A stretch of DNA of 64,000 nt from Macrostomum hystrix (taxonomy: Eukaryota; Animalia; Platyhelminthes), in the NCBI GenBank assembly GCA_950097015.1, contig CATNEN010000008.1, forward strand, positions 1,922,001 through 1,986,000, written 5' to 3'. Each line of letters begins with the position of its first letter. The first letter of the stretch is position 1. The notes under the pieces were generated by a model. That model made no database searches. It saw only the letters and a list, made by a program, of their open reading frames with translations, and was not told the DNA's origin. Positions 37,963-50,576 of this stretch are shown one piece after another. Position numbers and translations under genes: made by a program.

Positions 37963-39404
37963 TTGTTCAAATCCAGCTTTCAATCTCAACATATCGTAAT
38001 CGATTCGGCAGCGCCCCGCAACTCAATCCATCCTCACTCAACTCCGTGGCACTGACTCGGTCGTACGAGACGCCGGTGCTGGCCTGAGAAAGAGGAAGAG
38101 AGGGAGGGAGAGAGAGGGAGAGAGGGAGAGAGAGCGGGAGAGAGGAGAGAGGACACTGCCCATTGAATTTCAAAAATCTAATGTTGGTGGGATAAGAAGG
38201 TGAAAGATTGGGGGAGAGAGAAGGTGAGAGAATGGAAGAGAGAAGGTGAGAGAATGGGGGAGAGAGAAGGTGAGAGAATGGGGGAGAGAGAAGGTGAGAG
38301 AATGGGGGAGAGAGAAGGTGAGAGAATGGGGGAGAGAGAGGTGAGAGAATGGGGGAGAGAGAAGGTGAGAGAATGGGGGAGAGAGAAGGTGAGAGAATGG
38401 GGGAGAGAGAGGTGAGAGAATGGGGGAGAGAGAAGGTGAGAGAATGGGGGAGAGAGAAGGTGAGAGAATGGGGGAGAGAGAAGGTGAGAGAATGGGGGAG
38501 AGAGAAGGTGAGAGAATGGGGGGAGAGAGAAGGTGAGAGAATGGGGGAGAGAGAAGGTGAGAGAATGGGGGAGAGAGAAGGTGAGAGAATGGGGGAGAGA
38601 GAAGGTGAGAGAATGGGGGAGAGAGAATGTGAGAGAATGGGGGAGAGAGAATGTGAGAGAATGGGGGAGAGAGAAGGTGAGAGAATGGGGGAGAGAGAAG
38701 GTGAGAGAATGGGGGAGAGAGAAGGTGAGAGAATGGGGGAGAGAGAATGTGAGAGAATGGGGGAGAGAGAATGTGAGAGAATGGGGGAGAGAGAAGGTGA
38801 GAGAATGGGGGAGAGAGAAGGTGAGAGAATGGGGAGAGAGAAGGTGAGAGAATGGGGGAGAGAGAAGGTGAGAGAATGGGGGAGAGAGAAGGTGAGAGAA
38901 TGGGGGAGAGAGAAGGTGAGAGAATGGCAGTTTATAAAACAGGCTGCACTATGTGTGAGTGCGGATGCATTTACAAGCCGCCAAGGTTCGTGGCTCATCA
39001 TCAGCATCATCCTAGCGAGGTTTGCACTCTCAAAAAAATTCACTTTGGGCCTGAAATTTTTCCGGTCCTTCGGAGGCAGCCGAAATTCAATTATTTGGTC
39101 GGGACTGGTCGGGGGGCTTCAAGAGACTTCTAACAGGAGAAGTTCAGACAAGTCTGCAGGGTGAAGATGAAAGAGGAGATGGGAGGAATTCACACTGCGC
39201 AGCCCTGCTTAGACGCAGTGGGCTGAGCAAAGTACAAAATGTCACGGCTGGTTTGAAGTGTCGGAAAGCGCTATATTAACCTTACTTATTGAATTTCTTC
39301 TATGGACATTTCACTGTCTTCGAGTCGAAGAATAATGTGAGCTTGAGAGAAACTCTTTGGTAGCGACAGACCTACTTAAGTTTGTTAAGCACTACTAGCA
39401 AGTA

Positions 39405-39465
39405 GGGGGGTGAGTGGCAGAGCGGTCATCGCGTTTGCCTTTCGCACCAAGATCCCTGAATTGAA
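39405..39465 (+). mobile_element. tRNA-derived SINE head, copy 3 (degenerate B box)
   Basis: GTGGCAGAGCGGTCATCGCGTTTGCCTTTCGCACCAAGATCCCTG aligns with 22879-22922. Confidence 0.6.
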
Positions 39466-41039
39466 GGCAGGGGGTCATTCATTTATTTTGTCACTGTCTC
39501 ATTTTAATGTACATCAAATCTTCCATTTAGCTCGCACGCGTACTTAACTTTCTCACCCCTAACCTGTTTGACGTGCAGTGGCATCGTCCACCCCCTCTGC
39601 TTGAGCCTGCTGCTTGTGAAATCTATAATAAATGAGGACAGAAGGCCACTCACGAGGTGTGGGTGTTTTTTGTCGGTTTGTTCTAGCTAACCATCGATCG
39701 ACTCGTTGTTTATAGTACAATCCCTGAGCTCGATTCTGCGGCGAGGCCACATTCCTTTGGGGTGCAGCCGCGGAGAGAAGGCTTGGGGGCTTGTGCAATT
39801 TACGCCCTTCAGGGCCAACCTCAAAGGCACAGTCATAGTGTACAGTGCCTGACGATGAGAAAGTCAGGGCAGATGTACACACCTGTGTGAGCGTATGCTC
39901 AGGAGTCAGTGAAATGGCTCCACTGTCACCAAATGATTTCTATTATTGCTAATACGAATTAATATTTTTTATTACTACTAACCAGTAGCGATTGTTGCAA
40001 TTTTTGTTCAGTGATATCAAGAACGTCAAGTTAACTATTTTATCAACTCTTTTTATTGATCGAATAGATGAAATTGATCAAGGAAGGCGATTCAGGTCCG
40101 GCTAGAACATTCGAGTAGTTGATTATCCAAAGAAAGTTTTTGTTCGATTTTCCTACCTTAGTACATGACAGTCACAGAGTTAAAAAATGAAGTACGATAT
40201 AAAATTCATAACTTTACTGCAAATGACAAATTTACAGACGCAGTGTCTAGCTCCTGATAAAGTAGGCAAGTCATTGGGATAAATTTACGACTTTTGTCTT
40301 CTTACTACTAAAATAAAGTTAAGCTGCATTAGGAGCACATAGGTAGTGCAGTACTTCAGCCCATGCACCGCGGGGGCTGTCCATCCTCAATTTGGCTATC
40401 TACGGTACTCCCCTACCAGTTCCGCACCCTGGGCAGCAGTATTGATCTCGAGACTGCTGGGGGGCAATTAACTTTGAACGTTCGCGCGCTGTGCGTGTGG
40501 GGGTTAAGGCTGCATCAGCGAATGCAGTGCCGCATATCGGCCAGTGGAGATAAAGAGGACCTGGGAAAATAGGGATCTTCCCTCTGCCGCCCCTTCACTC
40601 TCCGCGCATTGGGAAACTTATTTTTCGGTTTGATTATGACATTTTTCTGTGCAACTGTGCCTGACGTACTAGCAAAGTCTGTCTGTTTGTCAAAAGCAGT
40701 TTTCTAAAATTTTGTATAAATAAAGTTGGTCCCTGCTTATTCAAGAGTTTGGCAGCGATTTTTTATAGCAGCACCAAAGCCAGCCATCGCGACAGAGTGG
40801 ACGATAGAAGTGAGCATTCGAAATCGTATTTATTTGTCTGTTCACTAGCTTTGTTTGCTTTAGCAGGTGATGTTTCTGTGCGTGAAGTTTGTCCATGCTG
40901 AGCCGACTCCTGTAGGCCGATTCGACTGCAACTCCGGGTTGGGTTGAACAGATAAGAATCTTGCTGCTGACCTTTTATTTTGTATTACAGTCAGGCCGGA
41001 TATTAGTTCGTGCTATCTAAAGATTAAATTCTCAGTTTA

Positions 41040-41720
41040 TGCTAACAGGTTATCAACTATCTAACAGGTTATTCACCTGTCTAACAGGTTATCAACTATC
41101 TAACAGGTTATTCACCTGTCTAACAGGTTATCAACTATCTAACAGGTTATTCACCTGTCTAACAGGTTATCAACTATCTAACAGGTTATTCACCTGTCTA
41201 ACAGGTTATCAACTATCTAACAGGTTATTCACCTGTCTAACAGGTTATCAACTATCTAACAGGTTATTCACCTGTCTAACAGGTTATCAACTATCTAACA
41301 GGTTATTCACCTGTCTAACAAGTTATTCACCTGTCTAACAGGTTATTCACCTGTCTAACAAGTTATTCACCTGTCTAGCAAGTTATTCACCTGTCTAACA
41401 GGTTATTCACCTGTCTAACAGGTTATCAACTATCTAACAGGTTATTCACCTGTCTAACAGGTTATTCACCTGTCTAACAAGTTATTCACCTGTCTAGCAA
41501 GTTATTCACCTGTCTAACAGGTTATTCACCTGTCTAACAAGTTATTCACCTGTCTAGCAAGTTATTCACCTGTCTAGCAAGTTATTCACCTGTCTAACAG
41601 GTTATTCACCTGTCTAACAAGTTATTCACCTGTCTAGCAAGTTATTCACCTGTCTAGCAAGTTATTCACCTGTCTAACAGGTTATTCACCTGTCTAACAG
41701 GTTATTCACCTGTCTAAAAG
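41040..41720. repeat. 19/20-bp minisatellite (CTAACAGGTTATTCACCTGT), partly a 39-bp dimer
   Basis: Tandem copies with ACAGGT/ACCTGT inverted repeats. Confidence 0.95.
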
Positions 41721-41854
41721 GTTTCCACCGTTATTCACCTGTCTATCAGGTTATTCATTAGTCTAACAGACTAATGAGTCTGTGTAGTGTAGCATATTAT
41801 TTGCCCGTAAAATCAATGATCTACCGTTCTAGCAAGTTAACATCCGCCTTTCAG

Positions 41855-42055
41855 ATGTCGGCAATCTCGCAGCAGAAGAAGATGGTCGAGCAGCTCCGCC
41901 AAGAGGCCGCCCTGGAGCGCAAGCCGGTGTCTGAGTGCGTTAGCGATCTACTTCAATTCGTGGAGAAGGAAAAAGACAACGACTGCCTGGTTAACGGATT
42001 CCAGGCCACGAAGGACAACCCGTTCCAGGAAAATAGCAGCTGCTCACTGCTCTAA
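41855..42055 (+). CDS. GNG: Heterotrimeric G-protein gamma subunit A (66 aa, CaaX CSLL)
   Basis: MSAISQQKKMVEQLRQEAALERKPVSECVSDLLQFVEKEKDNDCLVNGFQATKDNPFQENSSCSLL shows the GGL pattern, NPF and CaaX. The ATG directly follows a CTTTCAG acceptor. Confidence 0.93.
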   Translation: MSAISQQKKMVEQLRQEAALERKPVSECVSDLLQFVEKEKDNDCLVNGFQATKDNPFQENSSCSLL

Positions 42056-42094
42056 CCCAATCAGACCTTATAGGATGCGACTCAAGCTAGGCAG

Positions 42095-42670
42095 TCACTT
42101 GGAAGACTGTCACTTGGAAGACTGTCATTTGGAAGGCTGTCATTTGGAAGGCTGTCATTTAGAAGGCTGTCAGCTGATGTTCTGTCAGTTGGAAGGCTTT
42201 CAATTGGAAGGCTGTCAGTTGGAAGGCTGTCAGTTGGAAGGCTGTCAGTTGGAAGGCTGTCAGTTGGAAGGCTGTCAGTTGGAAGGCTGTCAGTTGGAAG
42301 GCTGTCAGTTGGAAGGCTGTCAGCTGGAAGGCTGTCAGCTGATATTCTGTCAGTTGGAAGGCTGTCAGTTGGAAGGCCGTCATTTGGAAGACTGTCATTT
42401 GGAAGGCTGTCATTTAGAAGGCTGTCAGCTGATGTTCTGTCATTTGGAAGGCTTTCAATTGGAAGGCTGTCAGTTGGAAGGCTGTCAGTTGGAAGGCTGT
42501 CAGTTGTAAGGCTGTCAGTTGGAAGGCTGTCAGTTGGAAGGCTGTCAGTTGGAAGGCTGTCAGTTGGAAGGCTGTCAGTTGGAAGGCTGTCAGTTGTAAG
42601 GCTGTCAGTTGGAAGGCTGTCAGTTGGAAGGCTGTCAGTTGGAAGGCCGTCATTTGGAAGGCTGTCAGCT
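42095..42670. repeat. 15-bp minisatellite (GTCAGTTGGAAGGCT)
   Basis: Tandem copies. Confidence 0.95.
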
Positions 42671-43089
42671 GTATTAGGTGGCTATCATATTGTCCAATAT
42701 TTATTACACACCGCTTCTTAGTGATTTGATTATTGTTGCAATAATTTTGCTCTGTTTATCGCGTAATGCTCGGGTTGCGACAGTACTCGTACGAGCTATA
42801 AAATGTATGTGCGAAAGAATAGCTTGTGTAGTAAACATTTAATGCAATTGATTTGCACATCTGATTCACCTATTCAACTGTGGAAGATATTTTCGAAGTT
42901 TGTCATTCATTTTTTGTGAAACATATGGCGTATAATCTTTTAGTCGAGCCTAATACATGTGGTAGATTGAATTGTAATTGTAGATAGACATTAGGATAAA
43001 TGAGACCCAAATATATATTTGATCATAGATCATAGATCATACCAGCAGATAGGTCATAGATATCTAGCTGGATAATACGCTCGTACATA

Positions 43090-45155
43090 GATCAAAGATC
43101 TCCTAGCTAGATAGCAGATAGATCACAGATCTTTGGCTGGATTGCAGATAGATCATGCATCTCTAGCTGGATAGCAGATAGATCATAGATCTCTGGCTGG
43201 ATAGCAGATAGGTCATAGATATCTAGCTGGATGGCAGATAGATCATATATCCCTGGCTGGATGGCAGACAGATCATAGATCTCTGGTTGGATAGCAGATA
43301 GATCATAGATCTCTGGTTGGATAGCAGACAGATCATAGATCCCTGGTTGGATGATCTCTGGTTGGATAGCAGACAGATCATAGATCTCTGGTTGGATAGC
43401 AGATAGATCATAGATCTCTAGCTGGATGGCAGATAGATCATAGATGTCTAGCTGGATAGCAGATAGATCATAGATCTCTAGCTGGATGGCAGATAGATCA
43501 TAGATATCTAGCTGGATAGCAGATAGATCATAGATCTCTAGCTGGATGGCAGATAGATCATAGATCTCTAGCTGGATGGCAGATAGATCATAGATGTCTA
43601 GCTGGATAGCAGATAGATCATAGATCTCTAGCTGGATGGCAGATAGATCATAGATCTCTAGCTGGATAGCAGATAGATCATAGATCTCTAGCTGGATGGC
43701 AGATAGATCATAGATGTCTAGCTGGATGGCAGATAGATCATAGATCTCTAGCTGGATGGCAGATAGATCATAGATCTCTAGCTGGATGGCAGATAGATCA
43801 TAGATGTCTAGCTGGATAGCAGATAGATCATAGATCTCTAGCTGGATGGCAGATAGATCATAGATCTCTAGCTGGATGGCAGATAGATCATAGATCTCTG
43901 GCTGGATGGCAGATAGATCATAGATCTCTAGCTGGATGGCAGATAGATCATAGATCTCTAGCTGGATGGCAGATAGATCATAGATCTCTAGCTGGATGGC
44001 AGATAGATCATAGATCTCTAGCTGGATGGCAGATAGATCATAGATCTCTAGCTGGATGGCAGATAGATCATAGATCTCTAGCTGGATGGCAGATAGATCA
44101 TAGATCTCTAGCTGGATGGCAGATAGATCATAGATCTCTGGCTGGATAGCAGATAGATCATAGATCTCTGGCTGGATAGCAGATAGGTCATAGATATCTA
44201 GCTGGATGGCAGATAGATCATATATCCCTGGCTGGATGGCAGACAGATCATAGATCTCTGGTTGGATAGCAGATAGATCATAGATCTCTGGTTGGATAGC
44301 AGACAGATCATAGATCCCTGGTTGGATGATCTCTGGTTGGATAGCAGACAGATCATAGATCTCTGGTTGGATAGCAGATAGATCATAGATCTCTAGCTGG
44401 ATGGCAGATAGATCATAGATGTCTAGCTGGATAGCAGATAGATCATAGATCTCTAGCTGGATGGCAGATAGATCATAGATGTCTAGCTGGATGGCAGATA
44501 GATCATAGATCTCTAGCTGGATGGCAGATAGATCATAGATCTCTAGCTGGATGGCAGATAGATCATAGATGTCTAGCTGGATAGCAGATAGATCATAGAT
44601 CTCTAGCTGGATGGCAGATAGATCATAGATCTCTAGCTGGATGGCAGATAGATCATAGATGTCTAGCTGGATAGCAGATAGATCATAGATCTCTAGCTGG
44701 ATGGCAGATAGATCATAGATCTCTAGCTGGATAGCAGATAGATCATAGATCTCTAGCTGGATGGCAGATAGATCATAGATCTCTAGCTGGATGGCAGATA
44801 GATCATAGATGTCTAGCTGGATAGCAGATAGATCATAGATCTCTAGCTGGATGGCAGATAGATCATAGATCTCTAGCTGGATGGCAGATAGATCATAGAT
44901 CTCTGGCTGGATAGCAGATAGATCATAGATCTCTAGCTGGATGGCAGATAGATCATAGATCTCTGGCTGGATGGCAGATAGATCATAGATCTCTAGCTGG
45001 ATGGCAGATAGATCATAGATCTCTAGCTGGATAGCAGATAGATCATAGATCTCTAGCTGGATGGCAGATAGATCATAGATTTCTGGCTGGATGGCAGATA
45101 GATCATAGATCTCTAGCTGGATGGCAGATAGATCATAGATCTCTGGCTGGATGGC
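43090..45155. repeat. 30-bp minisatellite (ATAGATCATAGATCTCTAGCTGGATGGCAG) with a 975-bp higher-order duplication
   Basis: Variant blocks recur at 43208 and 44183. Confidence 0.96.
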
Positions 45156-45719
45156 ATCCTGATGCAAAAGATTCGCTGTGAAAGGAGGCGTCCTAAGTAG
45201 TGGATTGAGAGTTTAATTTGATTGAATTGATTTCCAAGGCGCAGCTCTGATACGAGCAAATTAATTGCCTCGGCTCTTATCTCATTTGTCTTGGTTTAAT
45301 TAAGCTAATAAAACTGAGTCCACCGTTGCAGCAATGCGGTGATTATTGGTCCGACTTTGATACTCCTGTCCAAAATTAAAGGACAAAAAATACAGCGACC
45401 ATAAATTACCAGTTTCATAAAATGATAACAGAATACCCGGAAAGGTGCGTCATCGCACACTACGAGTATAAATATTAATTTTGGCATTACCAATAGAGCA
45501 ACATATCGACTGTACTTGAATGACCGAAGTGAGGGCGTTAATTGCTGAATCATACCACGGCTTTTTTATTCCATGGCTTATAAAAACATTAATGCCTTTA
45601 ACTAATATTATCAACGTCTGATCTTTATTGCTAATCCTACTGGTTCTTTTAGCGAGCCAAATGACACAAACCCCCAGTCATCCCGCCAGCCTATAGCACC
45701 CAGCCAATTCCTTCTGCCG

Positions 45720-48085
45720 GCCTAATAACACCCAGCCAGTCTTTCCACAGGCCTAATAACACCAACCCCAATCTTTCTGTCGGCCTAATAACACCAACCC
45801 CAATCGTTCTGTCGGCCTAATAACACCAACCCCAATCTTTCTGTCGGCCTAATAACACCAACCCCAATCTTTCTGTCGGCCTAATAACACCAACCCCAAT
45901 CTTTCTGTCGGCCTAATAACACCAACCCCAATCTTTCTGTCGGCCTAATAACACCAACCCCAATCTTTCTGTCGGCCTAATAACACCAACCCCAATCTTT
46001 CTGTCGGCCTAATAACACCAACCCCAATCGTTCTGTCGGCCTAATAACACCAACCCCAATCTTTCTGTCGGCCTAATAACACCAACCCCAATCTTTCTGT
46101 CGGCCTAATAACACCAACCCCAATCTTTCTGTCGGCCTAATAACACCAACCCCAATCTTTCTGTCGGCCTAAAACCACCAACCCCAATCTTTCTGTCGGC
46201 CTAATAACACCAACCCCAATCTTTCTGTCGGCCTAATAACACCAACCCCAATCTTTCTGTCGGCCTAATAACACCAACCCCAATCGTTCTGTCGGCCTAA
46301 TAACACCAACCCCAATCTTTCTGTCGGCCTAATAACACCAACCCCAATCTTTCTGTCAGCCTAATAACACCAACCCCAATTTTTCTGTCAGCCTAATAAC
46401 ACCAACCCCAATCTTTCTGTCAGCCTAATAACACCAACACAAATCTTTCTGCCGGCCTAATAACACCAACCCCAATCTTTCTGTCAGCCTAATAACACCA
46501 ACCCCAATCTTTCTGTCAGACTAATAACACCAACCCTAATCTTTCTGTCGGCCTAATAACACCAACCCCAATCTTTCTGTCGGCCTAATAACACCAACCC
46601 CAATCTTTCTGTCGGCCTAATAACACCAACCCCAATCTTTCTGTCAGACTAATAACACCAACCCCAATCTTTCTGTCGGCCTAATAACACCAACCCCAAT
46701 CTTTCTGTCAGACTAATAACACCAACCCCAATCTTTCTGTCGGCCTAATAACACCAACTCCAATCTTTCTGTCGGCCTAATAACACTAACCCCAATCTTT
46801 CTGTCAGCCTAATAATGCCAACCCCAATCTTTCTGTCAGCCTAATAACACCAACCCCAATATTTCTTGTCAGCCTAATAACACCAACCCCAATCTTTCTG
46901 TCGGCCTAATTACACCAACCCCAATCTTTCTGTCAGACTAATAACACCAACCCCAATCTTTCTGTCGGCCTAATAACACCAACCCCAATCTTTCTGTCGG
47001 CCTAATAACACCAACCCCAATCTTTCTGTCAGCCTAATAACACCAACCCCAATCTTTCTGTCAGCCTAATAATGCCAACCCCAATCTTTCTGTCGGCCTA
47101 ATAACACCAACCCCAATCTTTCTTGTCAGCCTAATAACACCAACCCCAATCTTTCTGTCGGCCTAATAACACCAACTCCAATCTTTCTGTCGGCCTAATA
47201 ACACCAACCCCAATCTTTCTGTCGGCCTAATAACACTAACCCCAATCTTTCTGTCAGCCTAATAATGCCAACCCCAATCTTTCTGTCGGCCTAATAACAC
47301 CAACTCCAATCTTTCTGTCGGCCTAATAACACCAACCCCAATCTTTCTGTCGGCCTAATAACACCAACCCCAATCTTTCTTGTCAGCCTAATAACACCAA
47401 CCCCAATCTTTCTGTCGGCCTAATAACACCAACCCCAATCTTTCTGTCGGCCTAATAACACTAACCCCAATCTTTCTGTCAGCCTAATAATGCCAACCCC
47501 AATCTTTCTGTCGGCCTAATAACACCAACTCCAATCTTTCTGTCGGCCTAATAACACCAACCCCAATCTTTCTGTCGGCCTAATAACACCAACTCCAATC
47601 TTTCTGTCGGCCTAATAACACCAAACCCAATCTTTCTGTCGGCCTAATAACACCAACCCCAATCTTTCTGTCGGCCTAATAACACCAACTCCAATCTTTC
47701 TGTCGGCCTAATAACACCAACCCCAATCTTTCTGTCGGCCTAATAACACCAACTCCAATCTTTCTGTCGGCCTAATAACACCAACCCCAATCTTTCTGTC
47801 GGCCTAATAACACCAACCCCAATCTTTCTTGTCAGCCTAATAACACCAACCCCAATCTTTCTGTCGGCCTAATAACACCAACTCCAATCTTTCTGTCGGC
47901 TTAATAACACCAACCCCAATCTTTTTGTCGGCCTAATAACACCAACCCCAATCTTTCTGTCAGCCTAATAACACCAACCCCAATCTTTCTGTCAGCCTAA
48001 TAACACCAACCCCAATCTTTCTGTCGGCCTAATAACACCAACCCCAATCTTTTTGTCGGCCTAATAACACCAACCCCAATCTCGC
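45720..48085. repeat. 32-bp minisatellite (ACACCAACCCCAATCTTTCTGTCGGCCTAATA), ~2.4 kb
   Basis: Tandem copies. Confidence 0.97.
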
Positions 48086-49084
48086 TGGCCTAATTAATAA
48101 CGAACTATACGAGCTGAGTACATTACCAAACCCGTCTTTCCTTCGGCCTAATAATAGCACACTATCTTTCTATTGGGGCGTACGAGAACTGACTCTGAAT
48201 TTTAATGGACTCAATGTACTCATAAGTCGTATTTTTAGTGATCATATATTATTATTATTAGTTTTTAATATCATATTGCTATTATACCTTGCTTTTGATT
48301 ATATTTTTTCAGAACTGTTCCGTACAGGGGAACAGAGAGAAAGAAGAGGACAGGCCAGGCGCGGTCCGGGCGTGCAGTTGACGGGAATATTATCAGATCT
48401 GTTTCCGTTTTTTTTCAGTCCACCCGTCTGTTATAGACGGTCAGGCAGTCACAAGTCGGTTGGTTGTTCATGAAAGAACTAAAGCTGAAGGACTTGAATT
48501 TGAAATAAAAACAGGGACAGAGGGAGGGAAGTGAGAGGCATTGGATGGTCGGCCGGAAGACTGATTGCATTCTGTCCTTTTGCAAAGCATGGCTCTCAGG
48601 ACTGGCGCCGCCCGCTCTCAGCAAAAATTGCAGCTGTTAAAGCAATTTGGCTTTACTTTACTCTGCACCACCCCTACTGGCTCTGTTTGACTTAGCCTCG
48701 CAGGGAAGAATTTAGAAAGGATCTGCATTCAAATGTTTTTTTCACTGCGCGGCAGCAGCAGAGAGATAGCTATAAAGCCTGGCCAATCAGAGCTGGCTTG
48801 AGTATTGGCTGGGGGGATAGTATTTGGGAGGCCAGGAAGAGCAACTGGGCTGAGGAAGAATTGCAGCAATTGTCGCATCCTACAGAGCAGAAGGAAAATT
48901 TGAAAGAAAAGTGCCAAATTTTTCATTGCCGCCAACTGAATTTTTACAAGTAAGTGCGGATTCGATTATTTTAATCTAACTGACACCAGCGCAATAGCAG
49001 ACAAGTGAATATCACGCAATTAATTGGTTTAAAGGGTGACTGAAAAGTTAAGAAAGTCTAATAGAGAAGCTGAAAGAATTTTGA

Positions 49085-50465
49085 GTGGTTGAAAGAAGGC
49101 TGGGAGAGTGACGGAAGGAATACTGAAAGAATGACTGAAAGAATTTTGGAAGAGTGACAAAAAGAACGCTGGGGGAGTGACGGAAGGAATACTGAAAGAA
49201 TGACTGAAAGAATTTTGGAAGAGTGACAAAAAGAACGCTGGGGGAGTGACAAAAAGAAGGCTGGGAGAGTGACTGAAAGAAGGCTGGGGAGTGACAAAAA
49301 AAACGCTGGGGAGTGACAAAAAGAAGGCTGGGGAGTGACAAAAAGAACGCTGGGGAGTGACAAAAAGAAGGCTGGGAGAGTGACTGAAAGAATTTTAGAA
49401 GAGTGACTGAGAGAATGTTGAAAGAGTGACAAAAAGAAGGCTGGGAGAGTGACTGAAAGAAGGCTGGGAGAGTGACGGAAGGAATACTGAAAGAATGACT
49501 GAAAGAATTTTGGAAGAGTGACAAAAAGAACGCTGGGGAGTGACAAAAAGAAGGCTGGGAGAGTGACAAAAAGAAGGCTGGGGAGTGACAAAAAGAAGGC
49601 TGGGAGAGTGACTGAAAGAAAGCTGGGAGAGTGACGGAAGGAATACTGAAAGAATGACTGAAAGAATTTTGGAAGAGTGACAAAAAGAACGCTGGGGAGT
49701 GACAAAAAGAAGGCTGGGAGAGTGACTGAAAGGAGGCTGGGGAGTGACAAAAAGAACCCTGGGGAGTGACAAAAAGAAGGCCGGGGAGTGACAAAAAGAA
49801 CGCTGGGGAGTGACAAAAAGAAGGCTGGGAGAGTGACTGAAAGAAGGCTGGGAGAGTGACAAAAAGAAGGCTGGGATAAGTGACTGAAAGAATTTTAGAA
49901 GAGTGACTGAGAGAATGTTGAAAGAGTGACAAAAAGAAGGCTGGGAGAGTGACTGAAAGAAAGCTGGGAGAGTGACTGAAGGAATACTGAAAGAATGACT
50001 GAAAGAATTTTGGAAGAGTGACAAAAAGAAGTCTGGGAGAGTGACTGAAGGAATACTGAAAGAATGACTGAAAGAATTTTGGAAGAGTGACAAAAAGAAG
50101 GCTGAAAGAGTGGCTGAAAGAAGGCTGGGAGAGTGACTGAAAGAAGGCTGGGAGAGTGACTGAAAGAAGGCTGGGAGAGTGACTGAAAGAAGGCTGGGAG
50201 AGTGACTGAAAGAAGGCTGGGAGAGTGACAAAAAGAAGGCTGGGAGAGTGACTGAAAGAAGGCTGGGATAAGTGACTGAAAGAAGGCTGAAAGAGTGGCT
50301 GAAAGAAGGCTGGGAGAGTGACTGAAAGAAGGCTGAAAGAGTGGCTGAAAGAAGGCTGGGAGAGTGACTGAAAGAAGGCTGGGAGAGTGACAAAAAGAAG
50401 GCTGGGAGAGTGACAAAAAGAAGGCTGGGAGAGTGACTGAAAGAAGGCTGGGATAAGTGACTGAG
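49085..50465. repeat. Composite purine-rich minisatellite (~23-bp GAAAGAAGGCTGGGAGAGTGACT core)
   Basis: Variant tandem units. Confidence 0.92.
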
Positions 50466-50576
50466 TGGAGGTACCTCGATGGAATCCTCCCAAGTGCGCC
50501 AGAGCTGGTTGAAATCGGATTAAAAGTCGTCAGGCGTCAGACTTCAATCGCATGCTGTGTACTCGCGCACCTGATC

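Larger units (their letters stand above)
37550..38925. repeat. 24-bp GA-rich minisatellite interrupted at ~37750-38187 by a duplicated segment and an insert
   Basis: GGGGAGAGAGAAGGTGAGAGAATG units on both sides. Confidence 0.93.

Noticed and set aside
37967-38085. Possible terminal exon ASTGVSYDRV...ESWI with a strong acceptor
   Set aside because: It lies inside the duplicated-flank insert and I could not link it to upstream exons in phase. A mobile insert explains it better, though an exon is not excluded.
3857-50493. Long repetitive ORFs (e.g. 3857-5740, 20331-21323, 43107-45167, 49048-50493)
   Set aside because: They arise from stop-free satellite units, are open in several frames and lie in introns or between genes.
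50457-50576. ORF-track N-terminal extension of G-gamma B
   Set aside because: It begins at a non-ATG codon at the satellite edge. ATG 50577 is more plausible.
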